Origin: Octopus vulgaris
Lineage: Eukaryota
Assembly (NCBI GenBank): GCA_951406725.2
Contig: OX597822.1
Location: 3,720,001-3,784,000, forward strand
Length of the DNA stretch: 64,000 bases
Reading direction: 5' to 3'
Below are positions 14,103-27,984 of the stretch, in pieces; the stretch's first letter is position 1; every line of letters begins with the position of its first letter. Position numbers and translations under genes: made by a program. The notes beneath the pieces were generated by a model, which saw only the letters and a program-made list of their open reading frames with translations, did no database searches and was not told the DNA's origin.

Positions 14103-14131
14103 AATTATCACCACAATAGACACATACATTA

Positions 14132-14165
<34 letters not shown>

Positions 14166-14166
<1 letters not shown>

Positions 14167-14530
14167 GGCACGTGGCTTAGTGGTTAGGGTATTCGGCTCA
14201 CGATCGCAAGATTGGTGTGTAAACAACAAATAGATGTATTAGTTTAACTCCCGGAAAGTGAAAAAGTCTTTTACGTTTCGAGCCTACGTTCTTCGATAGT
14301 GAATTCAACTCCCGGCGACGCGTTGTGTCCTTCAGCAAGACACTTTATTTCACATTGCTCCAGTTCACTCAGCTGGCAAACATGAGTTGTACCTGTATTT
14401 CAAAGGGCCAGTCTTGTCACATACTGTGTCACACTGAGTCTCCATGAGAACTACATTAAGGGTACACGTATCTGTGGAGCGCTCAGCCAATTGCACGTCA
14501 ATTTCGCAATCAAGGTGTTCCGTTGAACCA
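14166..14530 (+). mobile_element. tRNA-derived SINE (family G head) interrupted by a foreign 90-bp insert
   Basis: A-box gtggcttagtggttag, B-box-like gaattcaactcc, core ttgtgtccttcagcaagacactttatttcac shared with copies at 33722, 34748 and 54989. Confidence 0.8.
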
Positions 14531-14589
14531 CATTGTTCTGGGTTCAGACGCACAGCGTGGCATCTTGATCAAGAGTCTTCTATAATATC

Positions 14590-14670
14590 CTCGGGCCGAT
14601 CAAAGCCTTGTGAGTTGGATTTGGTAGATGGAAACTGAAGAAAGCCCATATACATATGCATGTGTGTGTG

Positions 14671-14709
<39 letters not shown>

Positions 14710-14901
14710 TGTGTGCTTGTGTTTGTCCTTCAACCATCGCTTGACAACCGATGTTGGTGTGTTTGCGCCCCCGTAACTTAGTAGTTTGGCAAAGGGACGG
14801 ATAGAATAAGCACTAGGCTTACAAAAAATAATTTCAATAATTGTTCAACTGAAGGCGGTGCTCCAGCATGACTGCAATTAAACCACTGATGCAAGTAAAA
14901 G
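14590..14901 (+). mobile_element. SINE family B, 5'-truncated, with internal (GT)n
   Basis: Reverse complement of the family B copies at 40601 and 42353. Confidence 0.8.
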
Positions 14902-15164
14902 AACGTATATTGCAATTAAAATAAACGGGGATACGCAGTTGATTCCATCTCTACAGGATTATGGTTGATGTTGTTAGCCCTTCTCATACTTTCAGCTGTT
15001 GGTTGTGCTTCCGCTATGGTGAGATAGAAATCCGCAGTTTACCAATATTTCATCTTTGTTCCTATAAATGTGCCAATGGAACAAACAAATCACAAAACTT
15101 GACATTAAGGTGTTTGTAGCAATAATCTTTTCTTTCTATTTTCACTTATTTCGCTAATTTGATC

Positions 15165-15448
15165 AGGCCATGCTGGGGCAGCACCTTCAAGGGTTTTAAT
15201 CGATCACATTAACCACAGGATTTTTTTAAAACATAGTTCTTATTTTATTGGTCTCTTTTGCCGAACAGTTAAGTTACGGAGCGTAAACAAACCGACACTA
15301 GTCGTTAAGTGGTGGTGGGTGACAAAGACACGCACACACATTCCGTCTACCAAATCCACTCGTAAGGCGTGAGTGCCACTCGGTGGAATTGAACTCGGAA
15401 CCATGTGGTTGGGAAGCAAGCTGCTTACCACACAGCCACGTCTGTGCC
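15165..15448 (-). mobile_element. SINE family B, degraded
   Basis: ggccatgctgg.gca...ggtctcttttgccgaac...ggaaccatgtggttgggaagcaagct.cttaccacacagccac. Confidence 0.75.
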
Positions 15449-16607
15449 TTTAATGTCGAAACATCCTTCAAAATTTCTATACCGACCTTCTCAAAACTTT
15501 TAAAGGTATTCCTTGAATAGAATCGTCTTCAACTGTCATAATTATTTATTCGCGTGTAAATTTTAAAAATTGTGATTCGGTTTCACTCACAGGTGAATTC
15601 TTCGGCATAATTTGTAAACAAGGGAGATAGGCTGAAAGAGAGAGAGAGAGAGAGAGAGGTAATAGTGCAAATAGTATTCTATGAAAGGATAGGAGAAACA
15701 TTGTAATATGTTACTGATTAATCCGTATTTGAATAATGTTCGACATTAATGTTTTCTATAGGATTAACAGTTTATTATAAGGCCGCCAAGCCAGCAAGAT
15801 CGTTAGCATGCTGGGCAAAGTTCTTAGTGCCATTTCTTCAGCCTTTTCATTCTAAGATCAAATTCCCGTTTTGGTCCTTTCACATTGGATGAAATAAATA
15901 ACGGTTTAACACTGACATGTAAGTGGTTACTCCCTGCGATCAAAATTTCAGGCATTGCGCCGACGGCCAAAAGAATAGACAAAAGTATTTGAGTAAAATG
16001 TATAAAATGTGAAAGAAACAGTTTGAATATTTTAAAATTGACAGACAAATATGTTATGTACAGAGCTAAAATTTAAGATGGCAAAAAAAGAAAATGTATT
16101 TAAATGCTTGATTACAAAGAGCAAAGTGGAATTTATGGTTAAAGAATTTAGACGAGTAAGATGAAGTTCTTTTACTGTAGAATTCTGAGATGTTATGAAA
16201 TTATGCTAATTTGAAGAAATTTGAACAGTAGTAAGAATATTATCAAATTAACGAAGTCGACGATGTAAGAAGTGAAATGAAAGCATGTTGAGAAATGTCA
16301 GTGAAATAATGTTAATTATTGAGGAAGCGTTAAATCGTGTCTGGGTATCTGATTAATGCTTATGAGAAATGACAATAGCTATCGTAATAATAACGAACGA
16401 GGTTAAGTAGATATGAGACATACATTAAATTATATATATATATATATGTACGTATATATATATTCATACGTATATATGTATATATATATATATGTATGTA
16501 CGTATATATATATATATATATTACATACATTTGTACATATATTTATATGTATTTATATATATACATACATGTGTATGTGTGTGCGTGTGTGTGTGTATGT
16601 ATCTATC

Positions 16608-16658
<51 letters not shown>

Positions 16659-16752
16659 GTAAAATTGAAAACGAAGAAAATGCTCCAGGATGATATTATA
16701 ACATTTCTAACTTCATATCTTCTACATATGAGACTCTCAGAATGATATAGAC

Positions 16753-16795
16753 GCCTCTGATGAGAACAGAATAAGATTCGAAAATCGATTAATGT
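16753..16795 (+). ncRNA. Degraded minimal type I hammerhead ribozyme motif
   Basis: CUGAUGA (16757-63), 3-bp stem II GAA/UUC, GAAA, palindromic stem III AAUCGAUU, UUA site; stem I is weak. Confidence 0.45.
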
Positions 16796-16816
16796 TGTTC
16801 ATCATTTCTATAGGCA

Positions 16817-16972
16817 CTGAAGTGGCTGTGTGTTAAGTAGTTTTTTTACCAGCCACAGGCTTCTGGGTTCAGTGCGGCTGCGTGGCACCTTGGGCATGTC
16901 TTCTATAGCATCGGGCCGACCAAAGTCTTGTGAGTGGATTTGGTAGATGGAAACTGAGAAAAAGCCCGTCGT
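16817..16972 (+). mobile_element. SINE family B, 5' half
   Basis: gtggctgtgtg.taagtag...gggttcagt...ctgcgtggcaccttgggca...gtgagtggatttggtagatggaaactga. Confidence 0.8.
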
Positions 16973-17015
16973 ATATATATACACAAGAAAAAAGCAACAA
17001 GAATAGATTAGTTGT

Positions 17016-17102
17016 TCAGTACAATTGTTTCACACGAAGAACAGCTTTATTAAAAGCTGCAAATATTGCAGCAAATACAAGCGTCCCGTATTCATCAGCC
17101 AA
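17016..17102 (-). ncRNA. Type I hammerhead ribozyme with intact core and extended branched stem II
   Basis: Minus strand: UUGG CUGAUGA AUACGGG...UUCGUGU GAAA CAAUUG UA|CUGA; palindromic stem III ACAAUUGU; GUA cleavage triplet. Confidence 0.75.
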
Positions 17103-17738
17103 AACACATATGAGTTTTCCAAACATTCTAGGGGGTGAGGCTACACTCATGAAGTATCGAAGAGAGTTCTATGAAAAGCAAAGTTAGATTGTAAGCAGAC
17201 TTCAAATGTTCTCTAACGATGCACAGTTTTATAAAAGGTTTTTAAAAAAGTTTATTAGCTTCACAGAAAAGGTAAATCCATCCATAATAATGCAGGTGTA
17301 ATTTCCGGGGATATGAGAAGATATTTTAAATTCAGAGAAGATGAATGTATCCATAATAATGTAGATGTAATTTCCTGATATATGAGAAGATGTTGATCAC
17401 ACTTCTATTCGTTACACCAAACTACTATGTTGGAAGAACAGATTGGCTATATTGGCTAAAAGAAGTCGCAAAAGAAGTCAGTGAAGCAGAAACCGCCCCA
17501 AAAAGGACATTATGGGACATTATGGGAGGAAGGGGTGTAAGTACACAACCTACAAAGTTTAGTTTATTTCTGTGGTGACAGAAATTCTAGGTCAGTGTTG
17601 CAGGAATCTGAAATTTATAATTTATAAAAGAGAACATTACTTTTGACCATCATACAGCTATTAACTGCCACTCCTACAGAGTTAAAGGCGGGTATAAAAA
17701 TATACCCGCCCACATAGTAGTATCTTCCAACAATAATC

Positions 17739-17776
<38 letters not shown>

Positions 17777-17926
17777 TGTATGCATATTTGTATGTATATA
17801 TGTGTGTGTGTGTGTATTTATGTATGTATATATGTATGTATATGTATGTGTGCATGCATATATACATATATATGTGTATGTATATATATATATATATATA
17901 CATATGTATGTATGTATATATGTAGG

Positions 17927-17973
<47 letters not shown>

Positions 17974-18199
17974 ATATATGTATGCCATAGATGAACCAAT
18001 TTCACAGCAGACAACGCAAATGAGGACAGCAGCACCAAACTCCCTCATGCACCAAACGTCAATTTCTAAAAAGTATTCGTGAAGTAAAATTATGCCGCAG
18101 CATCAAGTGGCGGTGCCCCATCATGGCCACAGCTCATGAGCTGAAACTAGATCAAATCAAATCAATTCAAATCAAATTGTATATGTGTATATATATGTA

Positions 18200-18269
<70 letters not shown>

Positions 18270-19230
18270 TGCATGTATGTATGTATTCTATGTGTTTCTA
18301 TCTGTGTATATGTAGGTATATATGTATGTATGAATGTATGTATGCCCCTTCCACACGCTCTCACATACACTCTTTAAAATAACACTATATATACACCACA
18401 GTCTACTTGACTTCCAGCAATTAACAATTGTAATTTTAATTTAGCAATCAGAAAGATGTCCACATTGCTTTTAAAATTATTGTGCAAAATAGTGGGGAAA
18501 CATATGTTTTTACCACAAAACACACACACACACACGCAAAGAGAGAGAGAGAGAGGTCTGTGGTAATTTGAGATGCTACAAATAGCAGCTAAATATCTAT
18601 TAAAACACACATTTTCATCAAATAAAAGACACAAATTTACAGTATTTCAGGAAAAAAACAGAAAATAGGGACGGGTCTGTTACATCAGAGGCAACTCTGG
18701 GCTAAACAAAACATACATATATAACATACTTCACATTAAAAGCTTGTCTTCTAAATAATACTTATAAATTTGACGGTATATCTTCGAAGCTTCTTCCCTG
18801 GTTAAACGCCATTTCTTTCAAACATTTTCTCATTATAAACTATGTAATGTATATTGTTCAGTCAGAGTTGCCTCCTTTTCTTAAAGACGTCAAAATAGTG
18901 CGATCTGACCTCGTTTCCGAGGTTATTCTTGTAGTAATAAAGAGTTGTGTAAAAAAAACATCCTTTATTTGGTAGGCGAAACATAACTGAATATTTTGAT
19001 ATCTCATACACCAATATCGGCAAGTCAGTTTTCGAATCCATATGGAATGCACGCACACAGAAAACACACAAAGTATGTTTTATATATTAAAATATACATA
19101 TGTGTGTATATATAAACATACACATACACAGACAGACATGTGTATTCGTGTGTGAATGAAGTTTTAGATATACACGGATATGTGTGAGACTTTACAATTT
19201 TGTATGTGTAAATGTATATATATATATATA

Positions 19231-19539
19231 TCACCGTGATCACCGTGATCGGCCAGGCTCTCAGATGTTGCTACATACCGCTGGTCACGATGCGCTTCGC
19301 ATTGTTTTAGCCTTCAAATGACGCCACCCCGCTGGCTAAGAGAGCAAGCCAACAGAAGAAAGAGTGAGAGAAAGTTGTGGCGAAAGAGTACAGCAGGGAT
19401 CTCCACCACCCCCTGCCGTTGCCTCGTGGAGCTTTAGGTGCTTTCGCTCAATAAACACACACAACGCCCGGTCTGGGAATCGAAACCGCGATCCTATGAC
19501 CACGAGTCCGCTGCTCTAACAACTGGGTCATTGCGCCTC

Positions 19540-19540
<1 letters not shown>
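19231..19540 (-). mobile_element. tRNA-derived SINE family C, full length
   Basis: Head ggaggcgcaatgacccagttgttagagcagcgg...ggtttcgattcccagacc (A and B boxes); tail (atcacggtg)2; second copy at 25471, fragment at about 22122-22195. Confidence 0.88.
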
Positions 19541-19627
<87 letters not shown>

Positions 19628-20411
19628 TATATATAGTTATGTTTGCATAGATACGTATGCATGTCTGGGTATGTGTGTTTGTCTGCATCGTGTCCCTCAC
19701 ACGTCTATAAGCGATTCGTGCCCATTTGTATATATTTTTGCATGAAACCAAGGCAAATATAAGCATAGCAGTTCATTCAATTTTGTAGTTTTCATATAAA
19801 GAGTGGTTCTTATTTCTATATTTATATTATTAACTATATGACATTCTATATCAATCATATGTCATTTCATTAACTCTTCAAATAGTTATTGTCGACTCCT
19901 CCTTTGTTAAAGAACTTCAATTACCGAGAACATATTTTTCATCAATTCATACATCGGATAAAAATTTGACTTTCACTTTTTTAAGATTGTGTATATATAT
20001 ATGTGTGTGTGTCTGTGTGTCTGTGTGTGTGCGTGTTTGTGCGTGCGTGTGTGCGTGCGTGTGTGTGCGTGCGTGTGTGTGCGTGTGTGTGTATGTATGG
20101 ATCTATGTGTGTATATGTATATATATGTATATATATATACATATGTGTACATACGTATGTATACATATATATACAAACTTACATTTACATACATAGTATA
20201 TATATATACATAAGTATATACATATATATGCACATACATATATACATATGTATACATACGTATATATATATATACATACAGATATACATATATATACAGA
20301 CATATATACATATATATACATACATATGTACATATATATATAGATATACATGCATATATATACAAACATATATACATACATATACATATGTGCATACATA
20401 TAGATATACAT

Positions 20412-20528
20412 AGTGAGAATTTACAAAAAAAAAGACGAAGATTGGTGTGTAAACAACAAATAAATGTATTAGTTTAACTCCCGGAAAGGGAAAAAGTCTT
20501 TTACGTTTCGAGCCTACGTTCTTCGACA
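20412..20528 (-). mobile_element. Truncated HHR-bearing short element, family E
   Basis: Homologous to 22738 and 39236; breaks inside the HHR core (gtcgaagaacgtaggctcgaaacgtaaaag); abuts a TA-rich microsatellite. Confidence 0.75.
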
Positions 20529-20544
20529 ATACGCTCAGGATCAG

Positions 20545-20950
20545 TGCATTTTAAGGGAGGATTTGTTCATTCAGAGAGTGTCGGCGAAATTCATCCCAAA
20601 GTTGCTGTCAGAGCAGAATAAGCAACTCCGCATTTAACTCGCTCAGGACATGCCGGACTGTGCAAAATACTACTCAGATTTCATGAACGCCATTATCATT
20701 GATGATGAAAGATAGGTTTATGAACAATGCTCGATATGTTTGGTCATCTTACGGGAAAAAGAAAATCCAGTGATAGCAGGCTACATGTCTGTACTCAAGG
20801 AGTAACAACAAAATACTGACGCGGCCTATCGGCACCGAAATTTTGGTTGTTCACAGAATGTGAGGCGTCACCTCCAAGTTAAATAATTTTGCCTGCGTCA
20901 CATTTGTTTTGACGGGAAATATATGGTCGGATACATTCTGGATGCACCGC
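20545..20950 (+). mobile_element. Mariner remnant
   Basis: Translation VSAKFIPKLLSEQNKQLRI*LAQDM...FMNAIIIDDER*VY matches the mariner KFVP...IITGDE.WVY region. Confidence 0.7.
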
Positions 20951-20955
20951 ACACA

Positions 20956-21843
20956 CACGGTGTTACCAAGATGTTCCCGGACTAGTTCCGTACCGCTCAA
21001 CAGATGGCATCACACGGTTGCGTGCGCAGTGAGAGCTGGCAGTGAACTTCATGAAACAGTGTGTGGAGTCGTATCGCTGTCTTTACTTCGCGAGTTGAGA
21101 AATTTGTGTTTTCGTGATAACGTGTATGCTGTAGTCTGCGATTTTGTCATGGACAGGAACAAAGAACCAACGTGAGATTTTGGGATAAACCTGGGAGGTC
21201 TGCAAAAGAAACATTGAGGATGTTTCGGCAATGGGTCGTACTTGATGGGTCGTAATTGAGTGTCAGGGGTGCTTTAAAAGCGGAGTAACATCTCTGGAAG
21301 ACGACGAGCGATCTGGAAGACTTGCCACGAGAGTCAAGTTAGGAAATGTGGTATTGTACATGGAAAATTCGTCCCCCAGAACAAGACAGTCAATCGAGAG
21401 TTCTATTGCGATGATTTGAAGTGATTGAGCGAGGACATTCGGTGAAACTGACCGGATCTATGGAGCGCAGGAGACTGGATTCTTCATCGAGCTCAGCTCA
21501 CTCGTGAGTGTCTCGCCAAAAACAAGGTGTTATCGCCGCGGCATCAACCCTATTCGCCAGATTTAGCACCTGCAGACTTCCATCTTTTCGTCAAGATCAA
21601 AATGGAGTTCAAAGGTCACCGTTTTAACACGGTTGTCAAGATCTAGAGTGAATCGCAGAAGGTCCCCGAAACATTTACGGAAAACGACTTCCAGGCCGCA
21701 TTCCCAAAGTGACAGGAATGTTAGAACCTGTGTATTGCCGCACAAGGTGACTATTTCGAATGAGACGATGCCAAAACTGAAGTAGATACGCTATCTTTTT
21801 TTATTAAGTATAACGAGTCTGGGAATCTTTGGATACTACCTCA
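20956..21843 (+). mobile_element. Internally deleted mariner element
   Basis: LEDDERSGR, FVPQNKTVNREFY, PYSPDLAPADFHLF, GDYFE*; diverged TIRs (ggtgttaccaagatgttcccggactagtt / aacgagtctgggaatctttggatactacctca). Confidence 0.85.
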
Positions 21844-21942
21844 TATAAATATATATACTCTTTTACATATACATACACACACACACACAAACACACAAAC
21901 ACACAAACACACACACACGTAAACATATATATATATACAGAG

Positions 21943-22044
<102 letters not shown>

Positions 22045-22619
22045 AAAGATAGATAGACAGATATACATATACATAGATATATGCATATACATATATACAT
22101 ATACATCTATCTATCTATATATATCACCGTGATCAACCGTGACGGACCAGGTTGTCAGATGTTGCTACACATCGCTGGTCAAAATGCGCTTCGCATATAT
22201 ATATATATACATATCTATATATCTGTATATATGCGTACATCTCTCTCTCTCTGTATATATACATATATACATATACATGTGTGTATGTGTGCATGTGTGT
22301 TTATGTATGTGTGTGTGTATTTATGTGTGTGTGTGTGCATATATACGTATTTATATTAAGTGTTCAAGAATGAAATTTTCTGCATCAACTTTATTCCTTA
22401 GGAGAATTTCGACTATACATGCCAAATCGTTCTCCATTAATATAAATATGAATAAGAATATAAATGCTTTTATAGTATTACAGTATATGACATGTGATCG
22501 TGTGTATCTCATTAGGCAAGGTTAAATAGCAATACAATCCAAAGTTTGAAACTATGGAACATGGAGTTTTTTTTGTCACCGCTAGAGGAATTCTGGATAA
22601 GCGTGTCACACAGGCACAC

Positions 22620-22668
<49 letters not shown>

Positions 22669-22737
22669 CTGGTATTTGAGTACTCTTTTTTCCACCTTGT
22701 TTCACATTTATGTGTTTACTCCGGTATATATATATAT

Positions 22738-22935
22738 ATAGGGAGAGTTTACGAAAAAAACAACAAAAGACGAAGACAGGTAGTGTACAAAACAAACAGA
22801 TGTTATAGTATAACGCTCAGGAGTAGAAAAAGTCTTTTACGTTTCGAGCCTACGCTCTTCTACAGAAAGGGACACAGAAAACAAGGAGAGAAACAAGGGT
22901 AGAAAAAAGTAGTGGCTAATGATCTATCATGGTGT
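22738..22935 (-). mobile_element. HHR-bearing short element, family E (Penelope pseudo-LTR-like)
   Basis: About 200 bp next to (TA)n; HHR-like motif 22834-22869: CUUU CUGUAGA A GAGC guag GCUC GAAA CG UA|AAAG; homologues at 28145 and 39236. Confidence 0.75.
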
Positions 22936-22939
22936 CTCT

Positions 22940-23478
22940 AAGAATTGCATTGCTGAATTCGACACATTTCCTTTTATCGCCAACACGGAGAGTTTGTACA
23001 ATTTGTAAGTTATATGACTTCATGGTCAAACGTTTCCTTAACACACACTACTCCGTTGTGTGAGGTAATGCAAGTTCTCTGCGAGCAGGCTCAAACACCT
23101 GTTGAACTCTTCGCGCATTTTACTCAGTAATGCGTGGTCGACCTGGACTTTTCCCCTTGCACAAACATCCAGGCTCTTCAGACTGCCTATACCAACGACG
23201 GGTGTTCTTTGACTGTGGTGGATCAAGATTAAACGGTTACGAAACACACGCTAAACGAAAATCACTGCTTCACTCTACCTAAATAGTGGCACGCAAAACG
23301 CCTACCGTTGAGCGGACCACATTTTGCCAGCTTTCACTGAAGATTAAGGCATGAATCGACCTCTAACGACGATTCTCTAAAACTGTAGACCAAGACAATT
23401 TCAGCCACACACCTATCAATCGCTGGATGCTCCTAGTTTCAAAAAAATAAATTGGACCATTCTTTTTGAAACACCCTG
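22940..23478 (-). mobile_element. 5' part of a Tc1/mariner-superfamily transposon
   Basis: End TA-cagggtgtttcaaaaagaatggtcc; translation NTRRWYRQSEEPGCLCKGKSPGRPRIT...LRKRLTMKSYNLQIVQTL (N-terminal HTH and GRPR). Confidence 0.75.
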
Positions 23479-23583
23479 TACATATAAATTTATGCATATA
23501 TTTTCATATCTTTCCCTATACATACATACATACATACACACATACGTACATACATACATACATACACACATACATACATACAT

Positions 23584-23614
<31 letters not shown>

Positions 23615-23894
23615 TACATACACACATACACACATACATACACACATACATACATACATACATACACACATACATACATACATACATACATACATACATA
23701 CATACACATACGTACATATTTATTAAACCACATACACACACACTCACGTGTGTGTGTACTTTATTTACCTTTATATTTTTCTGATAATTTGAATTTTGTG
23801 TTTTTTCATATAGTTTATTGTATTTCTCTGTTGCTTCATTCTGTGAGGTCGTTGCTCTCTTAAAGCAAATTATAAGTGGTATTATTTGTTACAA

Positions 23895-24060
23895 ATGCTG
23901 CGAGCTAACAGGAACCTCAGCTTGCCGGACAAAATGCTTTTCGTCTGTCTCTATGTTCTTATTAAAAATTCCGTTGAGGTCGACTTTGTCGATACAATAG
24001 GTTGATGTACCCAACTTACCAACCACCCCGAAATTGCTGGCTCAGTGTCAACATTTGAAA
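23895..24060 (+). mobile_element. SINE family D, degraded
   Basis: gcgagct..cag...gccggacaaaatgctt...aaattccg..gaggtcgactttg. Confidence 0.6.
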
Positions 24061-24649
24061 ACGGTTTTGTTTGTTAAAATTCCTTCGATTTATTTTTGGA
24101 TACTTTATTTAAATAAGAACATTACGTATATAGCTGTTGACTAGGTTTGCTAATGGTAATCCTAACAAGGCAGTGGGGAGACTCAAATTCTACCCAATGA
24201 GGAATTAAGCTGGCACTTTCAGGAACGCATGAAAGTAACTGCCACGTGGTTGACGACCTGATGCAGACAGATCTTCGTTTCAACCGCTGTTACATTACAA
24301 GAACCGTGTATCGAACAAGAATCATTTTGTTTGAATCAACTACAATTTATTTTTTTAAGTTTCATAATGCATTTTCTTTGAAAAGCTTTCAGTTATTTTA
24401 CATGGAGATGTTTAGTTATTTCTGAACGTACTCTCTCTCACACACACACACACACATTTAATGTGTGAACTGCGCTGCATTTTCTGTATACATTTAGCGT
24501 TTTTAAATATATGCACATCACAGATGGTTTTGAAGTCAAATCGGTAACAAATACTGCAAGTTATTTTCTGACACTCTAGACTACCAGGAAGGGTGGTGAG
24601 TTAAACACAAAATTTAGAACTTGTGTAAATCCTCATGCTAATTTTGTCA

Positions 24650-24860
24650 CAAGACCAAGGGGAAAGGACCTTGAGGGAAAAGGAAATATCGATTACATCG
24701 ACACCAGGAGTTAACTAATTCTTATTTTATTGACCCCCGAAGGATGAAATGCAAATTCTGCCTCGGAGGTATTTGAACTGAGAACCTAAAAGGCCAAAAG
24801 AAATATCGCCAAGCATTTTGACCGCCGGGCTAACGAATCAGCCAGGACACTGTCTTACTA
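24650..24860 (-). mobile_element. SINE family D
   Basis: tcgattacatcgac...gacccccgaaggatgaaa.gcaaa...tttgaact.agaac...aagcatttt. Confidence 0.7.
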
Positions 24861-24956
24861 ACCTATCGATCAGGAAAGTTACTATTACAACCATTAGGAT
24901 TTTAACTGCATTAAAACAACATCTATGCTTAATGTAGCATTATGCGGACTTCCATC

Positions 24957-25170
24957 AAGGCTGCGATATCACAGAGTCGTTAGTACGCCGGACAAAAATG
25001 CTTAGTGGCATTTTGTCCGTCTTTACGTTCTGAGATCAATTGCCTCCGAAGTCGACTTCGCCTTTCATCTTTTCGGAGTCGATAAAACAAGTACGACTTG
25101 AGAACTGGGGTCGATGTAATAGATTATTCCCTTCCCTCAAATTTCGGTCTTTGGACGAAAACTTGAAAGT
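24957..25170 (+). mobile_element. SINE family D
   Basis: gtcgttagtacgccggacaaaatgcttag...gtcgactt.gcctttcatc.tttcggagtcgataaa...ctggggtcgatgtaat. Confidence 0.8.
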
Positions 25171-25470
25171 ATATGTACTTTTTTTTTCTGTGAAATTTCT
25201 TTTTGTTTGTTTCGAGTTTTACTTTAATATTTCATCTGTTGTGTAAAATGAGTTCTTTACGAGGTGATGATATTTTGTAAGCATTGTATGTATTATGCTA
25301 ATGTTATTGCCGTTGTGTAGAAGACCGACACCAATGATAGGTTCATGCAGTGGCATCGAACCCGTAGCCACGCGGTTGCAAAGCACCTACATATATGTAT
25401 GTTTCCATGTATGTATTATATAAAGTAGAGGAAAAGCTTACCCGGGATATAATATTCATTCTAATGATTA

Positions 25471-25745
25471 TCACCGTGATCACCGTGACCGACCAGGCTA
25501 TCAGATATTGCTACACATCGCTGGTCACAATGCGCTTTGTATTGTTTTAGCCTTCAAATGATGCCACCCCGCTGGCTAAGCGAGCAGGCTAATAGAAGAA
25601 AGAGTGAGAGAAAGAGTACAGCAGGGATCACCCCCCTGCCTAGGTGTTTTCACTCAATAAACACTCACAACGTCCGGTCTGGGAATCGAAACCGCGATCC
25701 TGCGACCGCGAGTCCTCTGCCCTAACCACTGGGCCATTTCGCCTC
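25471..25745 (-). mobile_element. tRNA-derived SINE family C with TSD
   Basis: Homologous to 19231-19540; flanked by attctaatgatta / attctagtgatta (one mismatch). Confidence 0.88.
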
Positions 25746-26369
25746 AATTCTAGTGATTATAGTTCTATTTAATTTTAAGCGAAAATAACGTTTCAAATTC
25801 CCTATTAACTATACGTTTCCAATATATATATACTTACTCCTTACCCACCCCGATATTGTGACGACTCCAGTTATCACATCAATTGTTAATGTACACCTTC
25901 TGACGTTATATCATAACCGATTACGTAACTATGGATTGTTAGAATGCTAGAAATAACAGCCGAATTACTGCCAAACATCGCCTTACGAATTTTAAAATAT
26001 ATGGGACGCACTGAACAGTACTGTAATAATTAATTAAAAATTTACACTTGCTGATGAATACAAATTATTCTCTGAACGACTAAATTTGGTTATTATTTGA
26101 CAACCCTCAACGGAGACATTCACAGAATATTAATTATCTAAATTGTCCTTTGTGAATGATGACGAAAGTGATTTAAATTCCGAATTGTGATCAGAAAAAG
26201 GTCGGGTGAGACACCCCGAAATCAAGATTAGTTTATCTGCCTGTGCATAATGCAAGGAATTTAAGACAAAATTTAAGACATGTGTGTCAAAACTTAGGGG
26301 GTGTGGGTAGCAAAATACTATGACACAAAGAAATGATTATTGGATAAAAAAAGATGCTGACTTTTAGGT

Positions 26370-27180
<811 letters not shown>

Positions 27181-27305
27181 ATCAAATAAATATTAGATGT
27201 AAAATGAGCCAAGCAAAAAATGCAGAAGATACTTAGAGATCAATGTAAATGCTCCCTCACACTCTCTCCCTCTCTCTATTTCACTCTTTTTTTATTTTGA
27301 CACAG

Positions 27306-27443
27306 CCATATCGTTGGGGACCGCTTTGTACATTCAGCAGGTACATCAGCGTTATCAACATTTCGCCCATCATTGTGGTTGCATCACCTACCTGGGACAG
27401 CTATACATAAACTCCCTTCCGAAATTCTGCTGGCATACGGGAA
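27306..27443 (+). other. Candidate 138-bp internal exon
   Basis: Polypyrimidine tract plus cacag acceptor, gaa|gtaagg donor, length divisible by 3, two frames open, higher GC than flanks; no recognisable protein family. Confidence 0.3.
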
Positions 27444-27984
27444 GTAAGGGAAAGGAAAGCAAGAATTTAATTAAAAGAAACAGCAGTGATACATTGTCCA
27501 AAAAGGCAAGAATAGACGCAAGCTCTTTATCTTGGTTTTGATCAAAGTATTCACATTGTCAGAAAGCAGCAGATATCTCAGGGCCTTAAACATTTCGTCC
27601 TCTTAGCGTGTACGCTTCGCCCGAGTGGAACAACTAAATAATATTTATATTATTCTGCAGGAAAGTAGGAAGGAAAGGAAAGTGGCACTTTGCTTCCACT
27701 CCCAACATCTGGCAGCCAGCTACTATTTTTAATCATTTAAAGTAGTCACTGAGGTCGTGGTGTTTAATGTTATCTATTTATGTTTTATGTTTTAAGTAGG
27801 ACACACGTTTACACCCTTTCAGTTACATGAACATAAATGCGCGGATACAAAAGTGTATGTGTGTACGTGTGTATATGTATGTGTATAGACATATATGTGT
27901 GAGTGTGTGTGTAAATATAAATATATATTATCTTTCATCTTTTACTTGTTACACACACTCATAGATATATATACAAATATATGC

